From positions 1 through 37,402 of the forward strand of contig DASWGX010000147.1 of assembly GCA_036393455.1 (NCBI GenBank): a DNA stretch of 37,402 nt. Reading direction: 5' to 3'. Of this stretch, positions 27,331-36,101 are shown in pieces. How positions within the stretch are numbered: position 1 is the first letter of the stretch; the number at the start of each line of letters is the position of its first letter. The DNA is from Polyangiaceae bacterium. GTDB taxonomy: Bacteria; Myxococcota_A; Polyangia; Polyangiales; Polyangiaceae. The notes below the pieces were generated by a model. It had not been told where the DNA came from. It did not search any database and saw only the letters and a list, made by a program, of their open reading frames with translations. The position numbers and the translations under genes are program-made.

Positions 27331-28271
27331 ACTTCGACTCCCGCCGTGCGCAGGCGTCCTTCGAGGCCTCCCGAGCTGCCTGCGGCGAGGTAGGGCGGCT
27401 TCTTTCCCGCCTCGCGCACGAGCTGATCGAGCTGCAAGGTATCGCGCGGCCCGAGCACGGCGGAGGCGACCTTGTCGTTCTCGAGCACGTAGCGCAGAGC
27501 CACGCCGCGAAGCGTGGTCTTTTCGGCGGCCGCCGTGGGCCTCATCGCGTTCAGCTGGCGAATCCTGCGGCGAAACTCGTCGGGGGTCCAGCGTTCGGCG
27601 CGGTGGTCGTTGTCGGGAAACTCTTTGCCGGACGCCCATTGCCCGCACAGAAGGCCATAGAGCAGGGTCGAATGAGCCAGCACGCCCGCGCCCGTCGTCT
27701 CGAGGTCGGGAGTCAAGAGCTTGAGCGGTCGCGGCACGAACGCGTTGTGACCGATCGAAACGACCTCGGCCCCCGCCGCGAGCGCCGACTTCGCCGCTTC
27801 GAGCGTGCCGGCGCTGACGCCCCATGCCTGCAACTTGCCGTTCTGTTTCCACTCCTTCAGCAGGCTCGTCGCGTCGCCGCGTTTCACGACTTGTGAGCTC
27901 GGGTTGTGCAAAAGGACGATATCGATGCGTTCGCGCCTGAGCCGTTCGAGCGAGCGTTCGAGCGCCTGCGACAAGTAGTCGGGCTCGAAGCGCTTCTGGG
28001 GCGGGGAAGCCTCCAGATCGGTGCCGAGCTTGGTGGCGATCAAGGCGTCCGCGCGCCCTTCGAGGCGGGCGCCCAAGCGTTCCTCCATCTTTCCCTTGGC
28101 GTAGCTGTCGGCGGTTTCGAACAGACGGATGCCGAGAGCATAGGCTCGCTCGATCACACGGTCCTGTTCCGCCTCGCTCACGGGTCCGTAGCCGTCGCCG
28201 GACAAACCCCAGGTGCCGAGGCTGAGCTCGGTGACGTCGAGACCGGTCTTGCCCATCTTTCGGCGCCGCAT
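27327..28271 (-). CDS. aldo/keto reductase
   Basis: 314 aa starting MRRRKMGKTGLDVTELSLGTWG. It has FETADSYAKG and the typical AKR (beta/alpha)8 sequence pattern. Confidence 0.9.
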   Translation of the reverse strand: MRRRKMGKTGLDVTELSLGTWGLSGDGYGPVSEAEQDRVIERAYALGIRLFETADSYAKGKMEERLGARLEGRADALIATKLGTDLEASPPQKRFEPDYLSQALERSLERLRRERIDIVLLHNPSSQVVKRGDATSLLKEWKQNGKLQAWGVSAGTLEAAKSALAAGAEVVSIGHNAFVPRPLKLLTPDLETTGAGVLAHSTLLYGLLCGQWASGKEFPDNDHRAERWTPDEFRRRIRQLNAMRPTAAAEKTTLRGVALRYVLENDKVASAVLGPRDTLQLDQLVREAGKKPPYLAAGSSGGLEGRLRTAGVEV

Positions 28272-28332
28272 GCGGGCGGTATAGCAGACGTGGCCGGCGC
28301 ACGCGTTTCGCGTGGGCCCGAGATCCGAGAGG

Positions 28333-29073
28333 TCAGGGGAGCAGCGACCGGGGCACCTCGAGATCGGCGCTCCGCATTAGCGCCCGGTCTCGAAGCACGG
28401 CCGCAGCCGGTCCGCGGGCGTGAACGCGTCCTTCGCGAATCACGACGACGGCGCCTTCGACCTCGAGCGCGGCTTCGAGATCGTGCGTGGCGACCACGAG
28501 TGTCGAATCGGCGTTCGTCATTGCGCGCAGGACGGCCGATCGCGATTTGGGATCGAGGCTCGCCGTAGGCTCGTCGAACAGCAGCACGCCGGGCCGGAGC
28601 GAAAGCGCGGCGGCGAGCGCGAGACGGCGCTGTTCGCCCAGGCTGAGCTCGGCCGGGTCGCGCTCCGAGAGCCGCTCGAGCGCCACCGCTCCGAGCGCGC
28701 TCTCCGTGCGCCGGCGTCTTTCCGCGGGCGGCAGGCCGAGGCGCTCGGGCCCAAAGGCGACCTCTTCTGCGACCGTCGCGCAAAAGAGCTGATCGCTCGG
28801 GTTGGCGAACACGAAACCGATGCGTTCGCGCGCCCGGGCGAGATATTTTTTCGAGAGCGTCACGGGCCCGATGCGCACGGTTCCGCGGAAGGGCAGCGCG
28901 CCGACGAGCGCGAGAAGCAGCGTCGTCTTGCCGGCGGCATTGGGTCCGACCAAGAAGACGCGCTCCCCGGGTTCGACGCGGAGGTCGACGTCCGAAAGCA
29001 CGGTGCGACTGGAACCGCGCGCGTCGACGCGGTCGACCGAGAGCGACTCGACGTCGATTCGGTCCGCGTTCAC
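28333..29073 (-). CDS. cbiO: ECF/cobalt-type ABC transporter ATP-binding protein (CbiO/EcfA-like)
   Basis: The GTG at 29073 overlaps the cbiQ stop (GTGA). It has Walker A GPNAAGKTT, signature LSLGEQRR, Walker B LLLFDEPT and H-loop VATHD. Confidence 0.85.
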   Translation of the reverse strand: MNADRIDVESLSVDRVDARGSSRTVLSDVDLRVEPGERVFLVGPNAAGKTTLLLALVGALPFRGTVRIGPVTLSKKYLARARERIGFVFANPSDQLFCATVAEEVAFGPERLGLPPAERRRRTESALGAVALERLSERDPAELSLGEQRRLALAAALSLRPGVLLFDEPTASLDPKSRSAVLRAMTNADSTLVVATHDLEAALEVEGAVVVIREGRVHARGPAAAVLRDRALMRSADLEVPRSLLP

Positions 29074-29795
29074 GGCCGTACCGGGCTGCTGACCAGCCCG
29101 GCGCGCAACACGTCGCTCGTGTCGGAGTCTGCCGAGCCTGCGAGTGTGTAGAACGATGCGACCAGCAACGTGACCGCGCCGAGGAGCCACGCGTCGTGAA
29201 GCCTCAAACGAGCGCCCTTGCCGGCTCCCGCGCTTGCCGACCCTCGGAGGTTCATCGCGAGCTCCACGCGCTCGGCTCGGCGAACGCTGCACAGGAGCAG
29301 GCTCGGGAGCACGCCTACCATGGAAGCGACGCCGGTCGCGCGTCGCAGCTGGCGCGCCAGCACGAGCCGGTCCCCGACGCGGGCCAGCTCGCCGAGCTGG
29401 CGCAGCAACGTGGAGACGGTGTCGGCGATACCGCGCGGCGTGCCCAGGGCGATGAGCGCCGAGCCGAGCTCGCTTCGCGGCAACGAGGCTGCGAACGCGA
29501 CCGCGAACGTGATGCAAACCGCGGCACGTGCCACGCGCAACAAGGCGCCGTCCAGAGGGCCCGCGAGCGCAATCGGAGTCACGGTAACCAGTACCGCTCC
29601 GTAGGCGAAGAGCAGGCGGCGCGCGTGGCCCCCGCGCGTGACGAAGCAGAACACGGCGGCGAAAAGAGCGGCGAGGGCCAATGACGCGTGTGCCTCGAGC
29701 GGTAGCAGCGCCGTCGCGGTGACCAGCGTAAGGCAGCTCAACAGTCGAGCGGCCGGCGAGCTCCGGCGCTCGAGCCAGCTCGAGGCGCGCGTCAT
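29070..29795 (-). CDS. cbiQ: ECF transporter transmembrane (T) component, CbiQ-like
   Basis: The ATG at 29795 overlaps the cbiM stop (ATGA). The protein is about 241 aa, multi-pass and hydrophobic, with an A..RG-type coupling motif (ELAMNLRG). The upstream part of the tracked 480-aa ORF is out-of-frame overlap with cbiM. Confidence 0.7.
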   Translation of the reverse strand: MTRASSWLERRSSPAARLLSCLTLVTATALLPLEAHASLALAALFAAVFCFVTRGGHARRLLFAYGAVLVTVTPIALAGPLDGALLRVARAAVCITFAVAFAASLPRSELGSALIALGTPRGIADTVSTLLRQLGELARVGDRLVLARQLRRATGVASMVGVLPSLLLCSVRRAERVELAMNLRGSASAGAGKGARLRLHDAWLLGAVTLLVASFYTLAGSADSDTSDVLRAGLVSSPVRP

Positions 29796-30634
29796 GGGCG
29801 GTCCGGAGGCGTTTGCGGCTCCGTGGCGCCCAGAGATTCTTCCGCCAGCGCTGCGCGGGAGCGCGCCGCTGGCTCGGCTCTTTCCTCGCCGACCAGGCGC
29901 TCGAGCGCATCCGGAGCCGAGCTCGCGAAGGGGACCAGCGCTCCCACCGCGAGCGCAGCCACGGCGAACACCTTCCACCCGCCGCGCTGCCCGCTCTGCG
30001 CCGCGAGTGGGGCCGGCGTCAGGGTGAGAATCCCCGGGGCGCGGCCGTGGAGCAGGCGGACCGCGACGGCGGTCAGCGCGCCCTCCACCGCGCCGGCGGC
30101 GGTCTGAACCCCCACCAGCAAACCGTACGTCAGTCCGGGTGGCGCCTGGCCGCCTTCCACGAGCACGAAGGCCAGTGTGCTCGAGCCGAGCAGGCTGCCG
30201 ATCACGGTGCCCGCGAAAGCGCACGCGGTGAGGCCCCGCAGCGTTTGCCCGAACGCCCGACGACAGGCGTGCATCGAGAGCGCGGGCAGAATGGCGATGG
30301 TGAGGAGGTTGATGCCGAGCACGGTCACGCCGCCGTCGCTCAAGAGCAGTGCCTGCACCAAGAGCACAGCGCACAAAGCGGCGATGGCCCGCGCCGGGCC
30401 GAGCGCCAACGTCAAGAGTCCGGCGCCAATGACGTGCGCGCTCGTGCCGAGCCAGACCGGCACGTTGAGCGCCTGCGCCGCCAACGCGAACGCGCCGAGC
30501 GTGCCCGTCCATGCCGCCTGTTCGCTGCCGCGGCGAAACGCGCGATGATACGCGACGCCGGTCAAGGCCAGGCCCGCGACGTTCAGCGCCAGGACGGGCG
30601 CGGTCTGCGTCACGATGCCGTCGGCCAAGTGCAT
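29792..30634 (-). CDS. cbiM: cobalt/nickel ECF transporter substrate-capture subunit CbiM/NikM with a C-terminal PDGLE-like extension
   Basis: The N-terminus MHLADGIV carries the Met-His metal-ligating start typical of CbiM/NikM. About 6 TM segments follow. The tail adds an extra TM plus SSAPDALERL, which resembles the PDGLE/CbiN-like domain. Confidence 0.85.
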   Translation of the reverse strand: MHLADGIVTQTAPVLALNVAGLALTGVAYHRAFRRGSEQAAWTGTLGAFALAAQALNVPVWLGTSAHVIGAGLLTLALGPARAIAALCAVLLVQALLLSDGGVTVLGINLLTIAILPALSMHACRRAFGQTLRGLTACAFAGTVIGSLLGSSTLAFVLVEGGQAPPGLTYGLLVGVQTAAGAVEGALTAVAVRLLHGRAPGILTLTPAPLAAQSGQRGGWKVFAVAALAVGALVPFASSAPDALERLVGEERAEPAARSRAALAEESLGATEPQTPPDRP

Positions 30635-30644
30635 GCGGGGCAGC

Positions 30645-32705
30645 CTACCGGCTGCCCCCGGCCGGTGCCACCTTTTTCTCGTCGCGTGCCACGCGAACCG
30701 GAGGCTTCAGCGACCAGTAGTGAAGCGCCGAGAATTCTCCGGTGGCGTGCAGCGTGAGTGTCACGCGGCGTCGCCCGAGATCGGCAGGCAGCGCGAAAGG
30801 AACCTCTTGCCACGGCGTTCCGTCGAGCACGGCGCCGGCCAGTGTTCGCTCACCCGCGCGCAGCGTGGCGTGGCAGGGAGCTTGCGCCGTCAGCCGGGCA
30901 ACGACCGTGCCGCCGCCGGCCACCTCGAGCTCGAACGACTCGAGGCGACGCCTTGCTCGCATTCCGTCGGCGTGGCCGGCGTGTACGTCGAGGCGATTGT
31001 CGCTGCGCGAGGCGCCGCCCAACACGTATGCGTGCGCGCGTTCGCTCTCGAGATCGGCGACGTCCAGGACGTCGATCAAATCGCCGTTCACGCTCGAGAG
31101 CGGGAACCCGCCGCTCTCGAGCAAACCGTAGTCCGCTTCGCAGGCGACCATGGTCGGGCCCCCGAGGATCGTGGCGCCGGGGACGTGCCGTTCCGTCAAG
31201 CAAGGCCCGAGCAGGGGGTCGAGATCGAACCACGCCGGATAGACGAAGAAGTGAGTCGGCAATCGCTCGCGCGACAGCCGCTCGTAGTGTTCGAAGCGCG
31301 AACCCGGACCCGCGCGCCAGGGCTCGACCTCGCTCGCCGTCGTCAAACCGACGACGTCGAAGGTCGAAAGGTTCGACAAGTACGCGATGGCACCCGCGTC
31401 GTTGAGGCCGATGCGGCTTCCTTCGGGCAGTCTTTCGCGAGCCCAACGCCCGAGCGACACTTGCTGGCGACGAATGGCGTCCGCGCTCGCGGCGACGTCT
31501 TCGATCGTGTAGCCGGTGTGGCCCGCGAAGGCGCCGACCAGCGCTGCAGACAGCAACAGCCCCAGCTTCGGCGCGCCGCGCCAGAATCGCGAAAGTGCGC
31601 CGGCGCAGAGCTCCGACAGCGCGGCGAGGCCGATCAACCAGGGTACCGCGAACGGCCAGAGATAGCGCAGGCGGTTGACGAGAAAGCTGTCGTAGCTGGC
31701 CGGTACCAGCAGGGCGAGCCCGAGCGCGACCAGGGCGAGCGCCCGAAAACGCGCGGCGCGGCGCGCGCCGATCACGATCAGCGCCGGTAGCGAGAGCCAA
31801 AAAATCGGAGCCAACCCTTGCGGCATGAAGATGGCGCTCCAAACACGCCCGTCGAGGAGCGTGCCGAACAGAATGCCGAGGTGCTCGGTTATGCGATCCG
31901 CGAGTGCGCTGCCGGACAGATACGGGTCGTGAAACAGCCACTTCGCTCGCGTAGTCGTGCCGACGGCTTGTCCGGTAAAAAGCAAGTTGATTGCCGGCGT
32001 CGAGAGCGGTGCGGCGAGACACAACGAGCACTTGAATCGGTGCCCCGGCGCCAGCGCGAACGCGGCGGCGGCAGTGAGCGAACCCACGACGCCCTCCGGC
32101 CGGGCCAACGCACAGGCGACGCTGAGCGCCAGGAGCTCGATCGCGTCGCGCCGGTGCGTTCCGGCGCTGGCCCCGGCTTCGTACCACTCGGCGCTCTTGC
32201 GCGTGGTTCTCACGAGGAGCCATGCGAACGGCACGACCTCCATCCCGCTTGCCGCGAACCAGAGGAAAGGTCCGAACGCGCACACCATCGCTGCGGCGGC
32301 GACCGCTCCACCCCGGCCGAGCAGTCGCTGCGCAATGCGCCACGTTTCGTAGCCCAAGGCACCGTAGGCGAGCCAGCCGAGCGCCCATGCCGGCCAGATC
32401 AGGGAAAGCTCCCGAAAGCCGAGCGCGTAAAAGGGCGCGAGCAGCGCCGGCCACAGCAGGCTGGTGGCGCCCGCGACGCGTTCCCCGGCAGCAGAGTACA
32501 CGAAGGGACGCAGCGTTGCGAAGGACCGCGCGAACTGGAAGTGAATGAAGGTGTCGTCCAGCGGAACCGCCGGCTCGCCACCGGTCTGGCTCAAGAGGTG
32601 AAAGGTCGTGACGGTCGCGGCCGCGGCCGCGAGCGCCGCGAAGAGCGCCGCGGGCGGAAACCGGACGCTCGTGAAGCGTTTCGCTATCCGTGCCGAGCGC
32701 GACAT
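30645..32705 (-). CDS. large polytopic membrane protein, GT-C-fold glycosyltransferase-like, with a ~280-aa C-terminal soluble domain
   Basis: 686 aa. The DD motif in PLDDTFIHFQFARSF sits after the first TM, as in GT-C (ArnT/PMT-like) enzymes. There are about 11-13 hydrophobic segments, then a hydrophilic C-terminal domain. Its stop is 10 nt before the cbiM start. The function call is tentative. Confidence 0.75.
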   Translation of the reverse strand: MSRSARIAKRFTSVRFPPAALFAALAAAAATVTTFHLLSQTGGEPAVPLDDTFIHFQFARSFATLRPFVYSAAGERVAGATSLLWPALLAPFYALGFRELSLIWPAWALGWLAYGALGYETWRIAQRLLGRGGAVAAAAMVCAFGPFLWFAASGMEVVPFAWLLVRTTRKSAEWYEAGASAGTHRRDAIELLALSVACALARPEGVVGSLTAAAAFALAPGHRFKCSLCLAAPLSTPAINLLFTGQAVGTTTRAKWLFHDPYLSGSALADRITEHLGILFGTLLDGRVWSAIFMPQGLAPIFWLSLPALIVIGARRAARFRALALVALGLALLVPASYDSFLVNRLRYLWPFAVPWLIGLAALSELCAGALSRFWRGAPKLGLLLSAALVGAFAGHTGYTIEDVAASADAIRRQQVSLGRWARERLPEGSRIGLNDAGAIAYLSNLSTFDVVGLTTASEVEPWRAGPGSRFEHYERLSRERLPTHFFVYPAWFDLDPLLGPCLTERHVPGATILGGPTMVACEADYGLLESGGFPLSSVNGDLIDVLDVADLESERAHAYVLGGASRSDNRLDVHAGHADGMRARRRLESFELEVAGGGTVVARLTAQAPCHATLRAGERTLAGAVLDGTPWQEVPFALPADLGRRRVTLTLHATGEFSALHYWSLKPPVRVARDEKKVAPAGGSR

Positions 32706-32724
32706 GCGCTAACCACCGTAGAGC

Positions 32725-33330
32725 ATGCTTCCCACGCCGTACTCCGACGCCCCGCGCCTGCCGGAAGGGGAGGTCCTGGACCCACGCAGCATTCTCGGGA
32801 CATCGGGCCCAATCGAGCTCGAGATCGGTCCGGGCCGAGGTTGGTTCATGATCGACAGGCTACAGGCCTTTCCCGACGTCTTCATGCTGGGGCTCGAAGT
32901 GCGCCGCAAGTGGGCCAGCATAGTCGACGCGCGGCTCGGCCAACGCGGCCTATCCGGGCGCGGCCGAGTATTCGCCGAGGATGCCCGTGTCGCGTTGCCG
33001 CGCCTCGTGACTGGGAGCATACGCGCCGTGTTCGTGCACTTTCCGGACCCGTGGTGGAAGCGACGGCACCAGAAGCGCACCGTGCTCACACGCGCCGTGA
33101 TCGAAGAGCTGTCGCGCCTCCTCCAGCCGGGTGGAGAACTGTTCCTGCAGACCGACGTCATGGATCGCGCCGTCCGCTACGCCGAGCTGATCGGAGGAAA
33201 CGCGGCGTTCGCTCCGGTCGGTAAAACCGCCCGCGTGGCTGAAAACCCGTTCGGCGTGCGGTCGCCGCGGGAGCGCCGCGTGCTGGCCGATGGGCTGCCC
33301 GTCGCTCGCTTGCACTTCCGGCGGCTCTAG
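32725..33330 (+). CDS. trmB: tRNA (guanine46-N7)-methyltransferase TrmB
   Basis: 201 aa. It has the SAM motif ELEIGPGRGWF, then LGLEVR and HFPDPWWKRRHQKR. Confidence 0.9.
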   Translation: MLPTPYSDAPRLPEGEVLDPRSILGTSGPIELEIGPGRGWFMIDRLQAFPDVFMLGLEVRRKWASIVDARLGQRGLSGRGRVFAEDARVALPRLVTGSIRAVFVHFPDPWWKRRHQKRTVLTRAVIEELSRLLQPGGELFLQTDVMDRAVRYAELIGGNAAFAPVGKTARVAENPFGVRSPRERRVLADGLPVARLHFRRL

Positions 33331-33348
33331 AGCTACGCTTCCGCGCCG

Positions 33349-33918
33349 ATGCGAAGGCTCGTCGGGTTGTTCGTTCAGTGCGTGCTCTTTTCCGTGTTCG
33401 TGGGCGCATGCGCGACCTATCGGGGAGACTTGAACCGAGCCCAACGCCTTTACGAAGAAAACAAGTGGGCGAATGCGCTGGCCATCTGGCGCGCGCTCGA
33501 GCCCGACCTCGAGTCCCTCAGCTCCAACGATCAGGCTCGTTACGCCTACTTGCGTGGCATGACGGACTATCGGCTCAAGTTTCGCGCCGACGCTCGCCAT
33601 TGGCTGGCCATCGCGAAGGCTACCGAGCAGCAACATCCTGGAGGCTTGAGCGAGGATTGGCAGCGACGCCTGGAGGAGACGCTCGACGACCTGAACCAGG
33701 ACGTGTTCGGCGGCGGAGAGAGCTTCGCGCGGTCGCGCTCCACCGTCACCGAGCGGTCACGAATGCCCGCTGAGACGCCCGAGCCGGCGCCGGCCGCCGA
33801 TGTTCCCGCCGAAGAGTCAGACTCGAGCGTCGACACGACGGCGCCGATCGTGTGCCAGCGCGCCACCGATTGCCCGGTCGACTACACGTGCCAGGATCAC
33901 GCGTGCGTTCGACGCTGA
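33349..33918 (+). CDS. lipoprotein with a TPR-like N-domain and Cys-rich C-terminal knot (paralog of 14914-15330)
   Basis: The N-terminus MRRLVGLFVQCVLFSVFVGACATYRG has a lipobox. The N-terminal half aligns with the 14914-15330 product. An acidic/Pro linker follows, then CQRATDCPVDYTCQDHAC. Confidence 0.7.
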   Translation: MRRLVGLFVQCVLFSVFVGACATYRGDLNRAQRLYEENKWANALAIWRALEPDLESLSSNDQARYAYLRGMTDYRLKFRADARHWLAIAKATEQQHPGGLSEDWQRRLEETLDDLNQDVFGGGESFARSRSTVTERSRMPAETPEPAPAADVPAEESDSSVDTTAPIVCQRATDCPVDYTCQDHACVRR

Positions 33919-33978
33919 ACGCTTTGCCACCCGGAGCATCGGGTGCATTCGCCGCCGAGGGCGCCGCCTCGCGTTGAT

Positions 33979-34173
33979 TCAGAGAGTCTCGGCCTTGAGC
34001 GCCCGATAGAGCTCGTCCTTCGCGACGAGCTTTTGCTTCTTGAGGTTCTGCACCTCACGTTGTTCCTTTGGTGTCAGAAAGGCGCGACGCTCCAGAACTC
34101 GAACCTGACGGTCCAAGTCTCGGTGCCTGCGCTCCAGAGTACTAACGCTTCCGATCACTACCACTTGCGTCAT
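33979..34173 (-). CDS. DUF465 (YdcH-like) small coiled-coil protein
   Basis: 64 aa with GGAGG upstream of the ATG. The pattern LERRHRDLDRQVRVLE....TPKEQREVQNLKKQKLVAKDEL is typical of DUF465. Confidence 0.75.
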   Translation of the reverse strand: MTQVVVIGSVSTLERRHRDLDRQVRVLERRAFLTPKEQREVQNLKKQKLVAKDELYRALKAETL

Positions 34174-34666
34174 ATGGGTACGACCTCCGGAATGGAACTA
34201 GAGACGCTTCGGATCTCTTCTGCCTTCTGGTTTCGACAGCCCCAGCTCGCATGGCCCCGCCTGGGCCACCCATCCTCTCGGACAACCCATCCGTCAGGAC
34301 CAACTCAGCCTTGCCAGCGCTCTCTCTCGGTTCTTCGTTCGCCCATACGAATAACCAGCGCATCGACTGCTCACGTTAAAGCACTCTCCGCAGGACGCAA
34401 CCGTTTTTTTGAGCGCGTGCTCCGACGTGCCTCCTTCGAGGCGCCTCCTTCGACGTGCCTTCTCCTTGAGCGGAATTGTACGGCTCTGTTCACACCCTGA
34501 GGGTGCCTGGGCGGGCCACCAGCGGATTGAATGCTTCCAGATCGAGGAGCGCTGTTCGGCGAGACACCGTGCGTGAAATCCGCCGGTGCTGTCTCGGAAA
34601 CAGGTTCTACGCCGGATGCAGCGTGAACACGGGACGACTGCGCGCTATTCCGGCAGACTAGACAGC

Positions 34667-35866
34667 GTGGCAGCGGCGCCCAGCGAAACACCTGCGAAAC
34701 TTGCTCGACCGTGGCTCATCGCGCTCGCGACCTGGGGCTGCGCGCACCCCGGGGCGTCGCACGCCGTTGCGCCGGCCGCCGGCGAACCCGGCGTCGTGGC
34801 GGTCGAGAGAACGATAGTCACTCCGGGGGAGGCCGTCGGCATCGGCGAGCTTTTCGAGCGCGCGGTCGCCGCTCTGAAGGCGGGTGAGTACGAGCGCGCC
34901 GGGGTCGGCTTCGACCGGGTTTTCGAGCTCGACCCGCGAGGCGGCTACGCCGCACGCGCGGCGCTTCTTGCCGGCGAAGCCTACGACGAGGTTGGCGATC
35001 TCGAAGCCGCGGTCGCGCGTTACGAAAGCGCCGCGCGCGCCGGCGGCAAGAGCGCCGTCTCGGCCACTGCTCTGGTGCGCGCCGTGCGAATCCACGTCCA
35101 TCGCGAGCGTTGGGAACGCGCGGCCGCGCTTGCCGACGTCTTGCTAGAGGACGCGTCTTCTCTGCAACCGTTCGAGCTCATCGTGGCTCATGGAGCCAAA
35201 GCCTTGCATCTGGCCGACCGCGGCGAGCGTGACGCCGCAAACTATTACATCACTAAAGGCAGGGACGTCATCGAAATGAATCGGCTCGATGCCGCGGGCC
35301 GCGTTCCACGCGATCTCGCCGCTCTGTACTACGCGCTCGGCGAAGTAGAGCGGCTCGAGGCCGAACGCGTTCTCTTCGTTCCTCTGCCCGAAAACTTCGC
35401 GGCGGCCCTCGAGCGACGCTGCCAGGCTATTCTGGACGCGCAGAGCGCGTACTCGGATGCAATGCGCGCCTACGACGCGCACTGGTCGGCGATGGCCGGC
35501 TATCGCGTGGGTGAGCTCTACGAGCGGCTGCACGACGAGCTCATGCGCATCGAGCCGCCGGCGTCCGCGAGGACCGACGCGGAGCGGCAGCTGTTCGAGG
35601 GAGCCATGCGCGTGCGCTACGCCATCCTGCTTCGCAAGGCGCGCACCATGATGGAGCACACGCTCGAGCTGGCTGAGCGGACGGGGGAGAAGTCCGGCTG
35701 GATCGAGCGCACGCGAGACTCCGCCGCACGGCTCGAACGGGCGATGCTGGCGGAGGAGCGAGCGCTCGCGCGCCTCCCTTACAGTCGCGACGAGCTGGAG
35801 CGCGCGTTCGAAGATCTGAGAGCCCGAGCCGAAGCAAAGCGGTCCGCCGAATCTTCCGCCCAATAG
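34667..35866 (+). CDS. TPR-repeat lipoprotein
   Basis: The GTG at 34667 gives (M)AAAPSETPAKLARPWLIALATWGCAHPG with a lipobox. The body is helical and TPR-like (ALKAGEYERAGVGFDRVFELDP...). Starts at 34586 or 34616 in the tracked ORF would give an implausibly long n-region. Confidence 0.75.
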   Translation: MAAAPSETPAKLARPWLIALATWGCAHPGASHAVAPAAGEPGVVAVERTIVTPGEAVGIGELFERAVAALKAGEYERAGVGFDRVFELDPRGGYAARAALLAGEAYDEVGDLEAAVARYESAARAGGKSAVSATALVRAVRIHVHRERWERAAALADVLLEDASSLQPFELIVAHGAKALHLADRGERDAANYYITKGRDVIEMNRLDAAGRVPRDLAALYYALGEVERLEAERVLFVPLPENFAAALERRCQAILDAQSAYSDAMRAYDAHWSAMAGYRVGELYERLHDELMRIEPPASARTDAERQLFEGAMRVRYAILLRKARTMMEHTLELAERTGEKSGWIERTRDSAARLERAMLAEERALARLPYSRDELERAFEDLRARAEAKRSAESSAQ

Positions 35867-35981
35867 AGCCGGGCTCGATCGCCGGCCGCCGGCCATCCTC
35901 TTCCGGGAGGCGGAGCCCCTGGGCGGGCGCACCGGCCTCCCAGCCGGATGGCTCTCCGGGAAGTCGGTCGGCGCGGCCCAC

Positions 35982-36014
35982 CCGCGGAGCCCCTCGCCGC
36001 GGGCGGCTCCGCGG
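35982..36014 (+). terminator. strong GC hairpin downstream of the TPR lipoprotein gene
   Basis: Perfect 10-bp inverted repeat CCGCGGAGCC (35982-35991) / GGCTCCGCGG (36005-36014) with a 13-nt loop. No U-tract follows, so terminator function is uncertain. Confidence 0.3.
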
Positions 36015-36072
36015 ACAATTCGAGAGAAAAACCGAGGTTTTCGAGCCGAAACGGGTTCGGTATGAATTGTGC

Positions 36073-36101
36073 TTGACAGGGTCGGGAGCCGGCGCTACCA
36101 G
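36073..36101 (+). promoter_or_regulatory. candidate sigma70-type promoter of the tRNA-tuf unit
   Basis: TTGACA (36073-36078), a 17-nt spacer, TACCAG (36096-36101), then a GC-rich discriminator AGCGCCG. An A/T-rich segment at 36020-36060 could act as an UP element. The -10 is weak because its last base is G. Confidence 0.35.

Noticed and set aside
27331-28302. N-terminal ~320 codons of the tracked 597-aa ORF 26509-28302
   Set aside because: This part overlaps the aldo-keto reductase gene out of frame and translates to Arg-rich nonsense. Only the C-terminal 273 codons carry IMPase/CysQ motifs, and a GTG start there overlaps the AKR stop.
29074-30512. Upstream extensions of the tracked ORFs 28333-29910 and 29070-30512
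   Set aside because: The extensions overlap cbiQ and cbiM out of frame with Arg-rich translations. The ABC ATPase and CbiQ-like motifs begin only after the GTG 29073 and ATG 29795 starts, which give 4-nt stop/start overlaps.
30635-30644. Cobalamin riboswitch or NikR operator upstream of cbiM
   Set aside because: Only 10 nt separate cbiM from the preceding gene, so no such element can fit.
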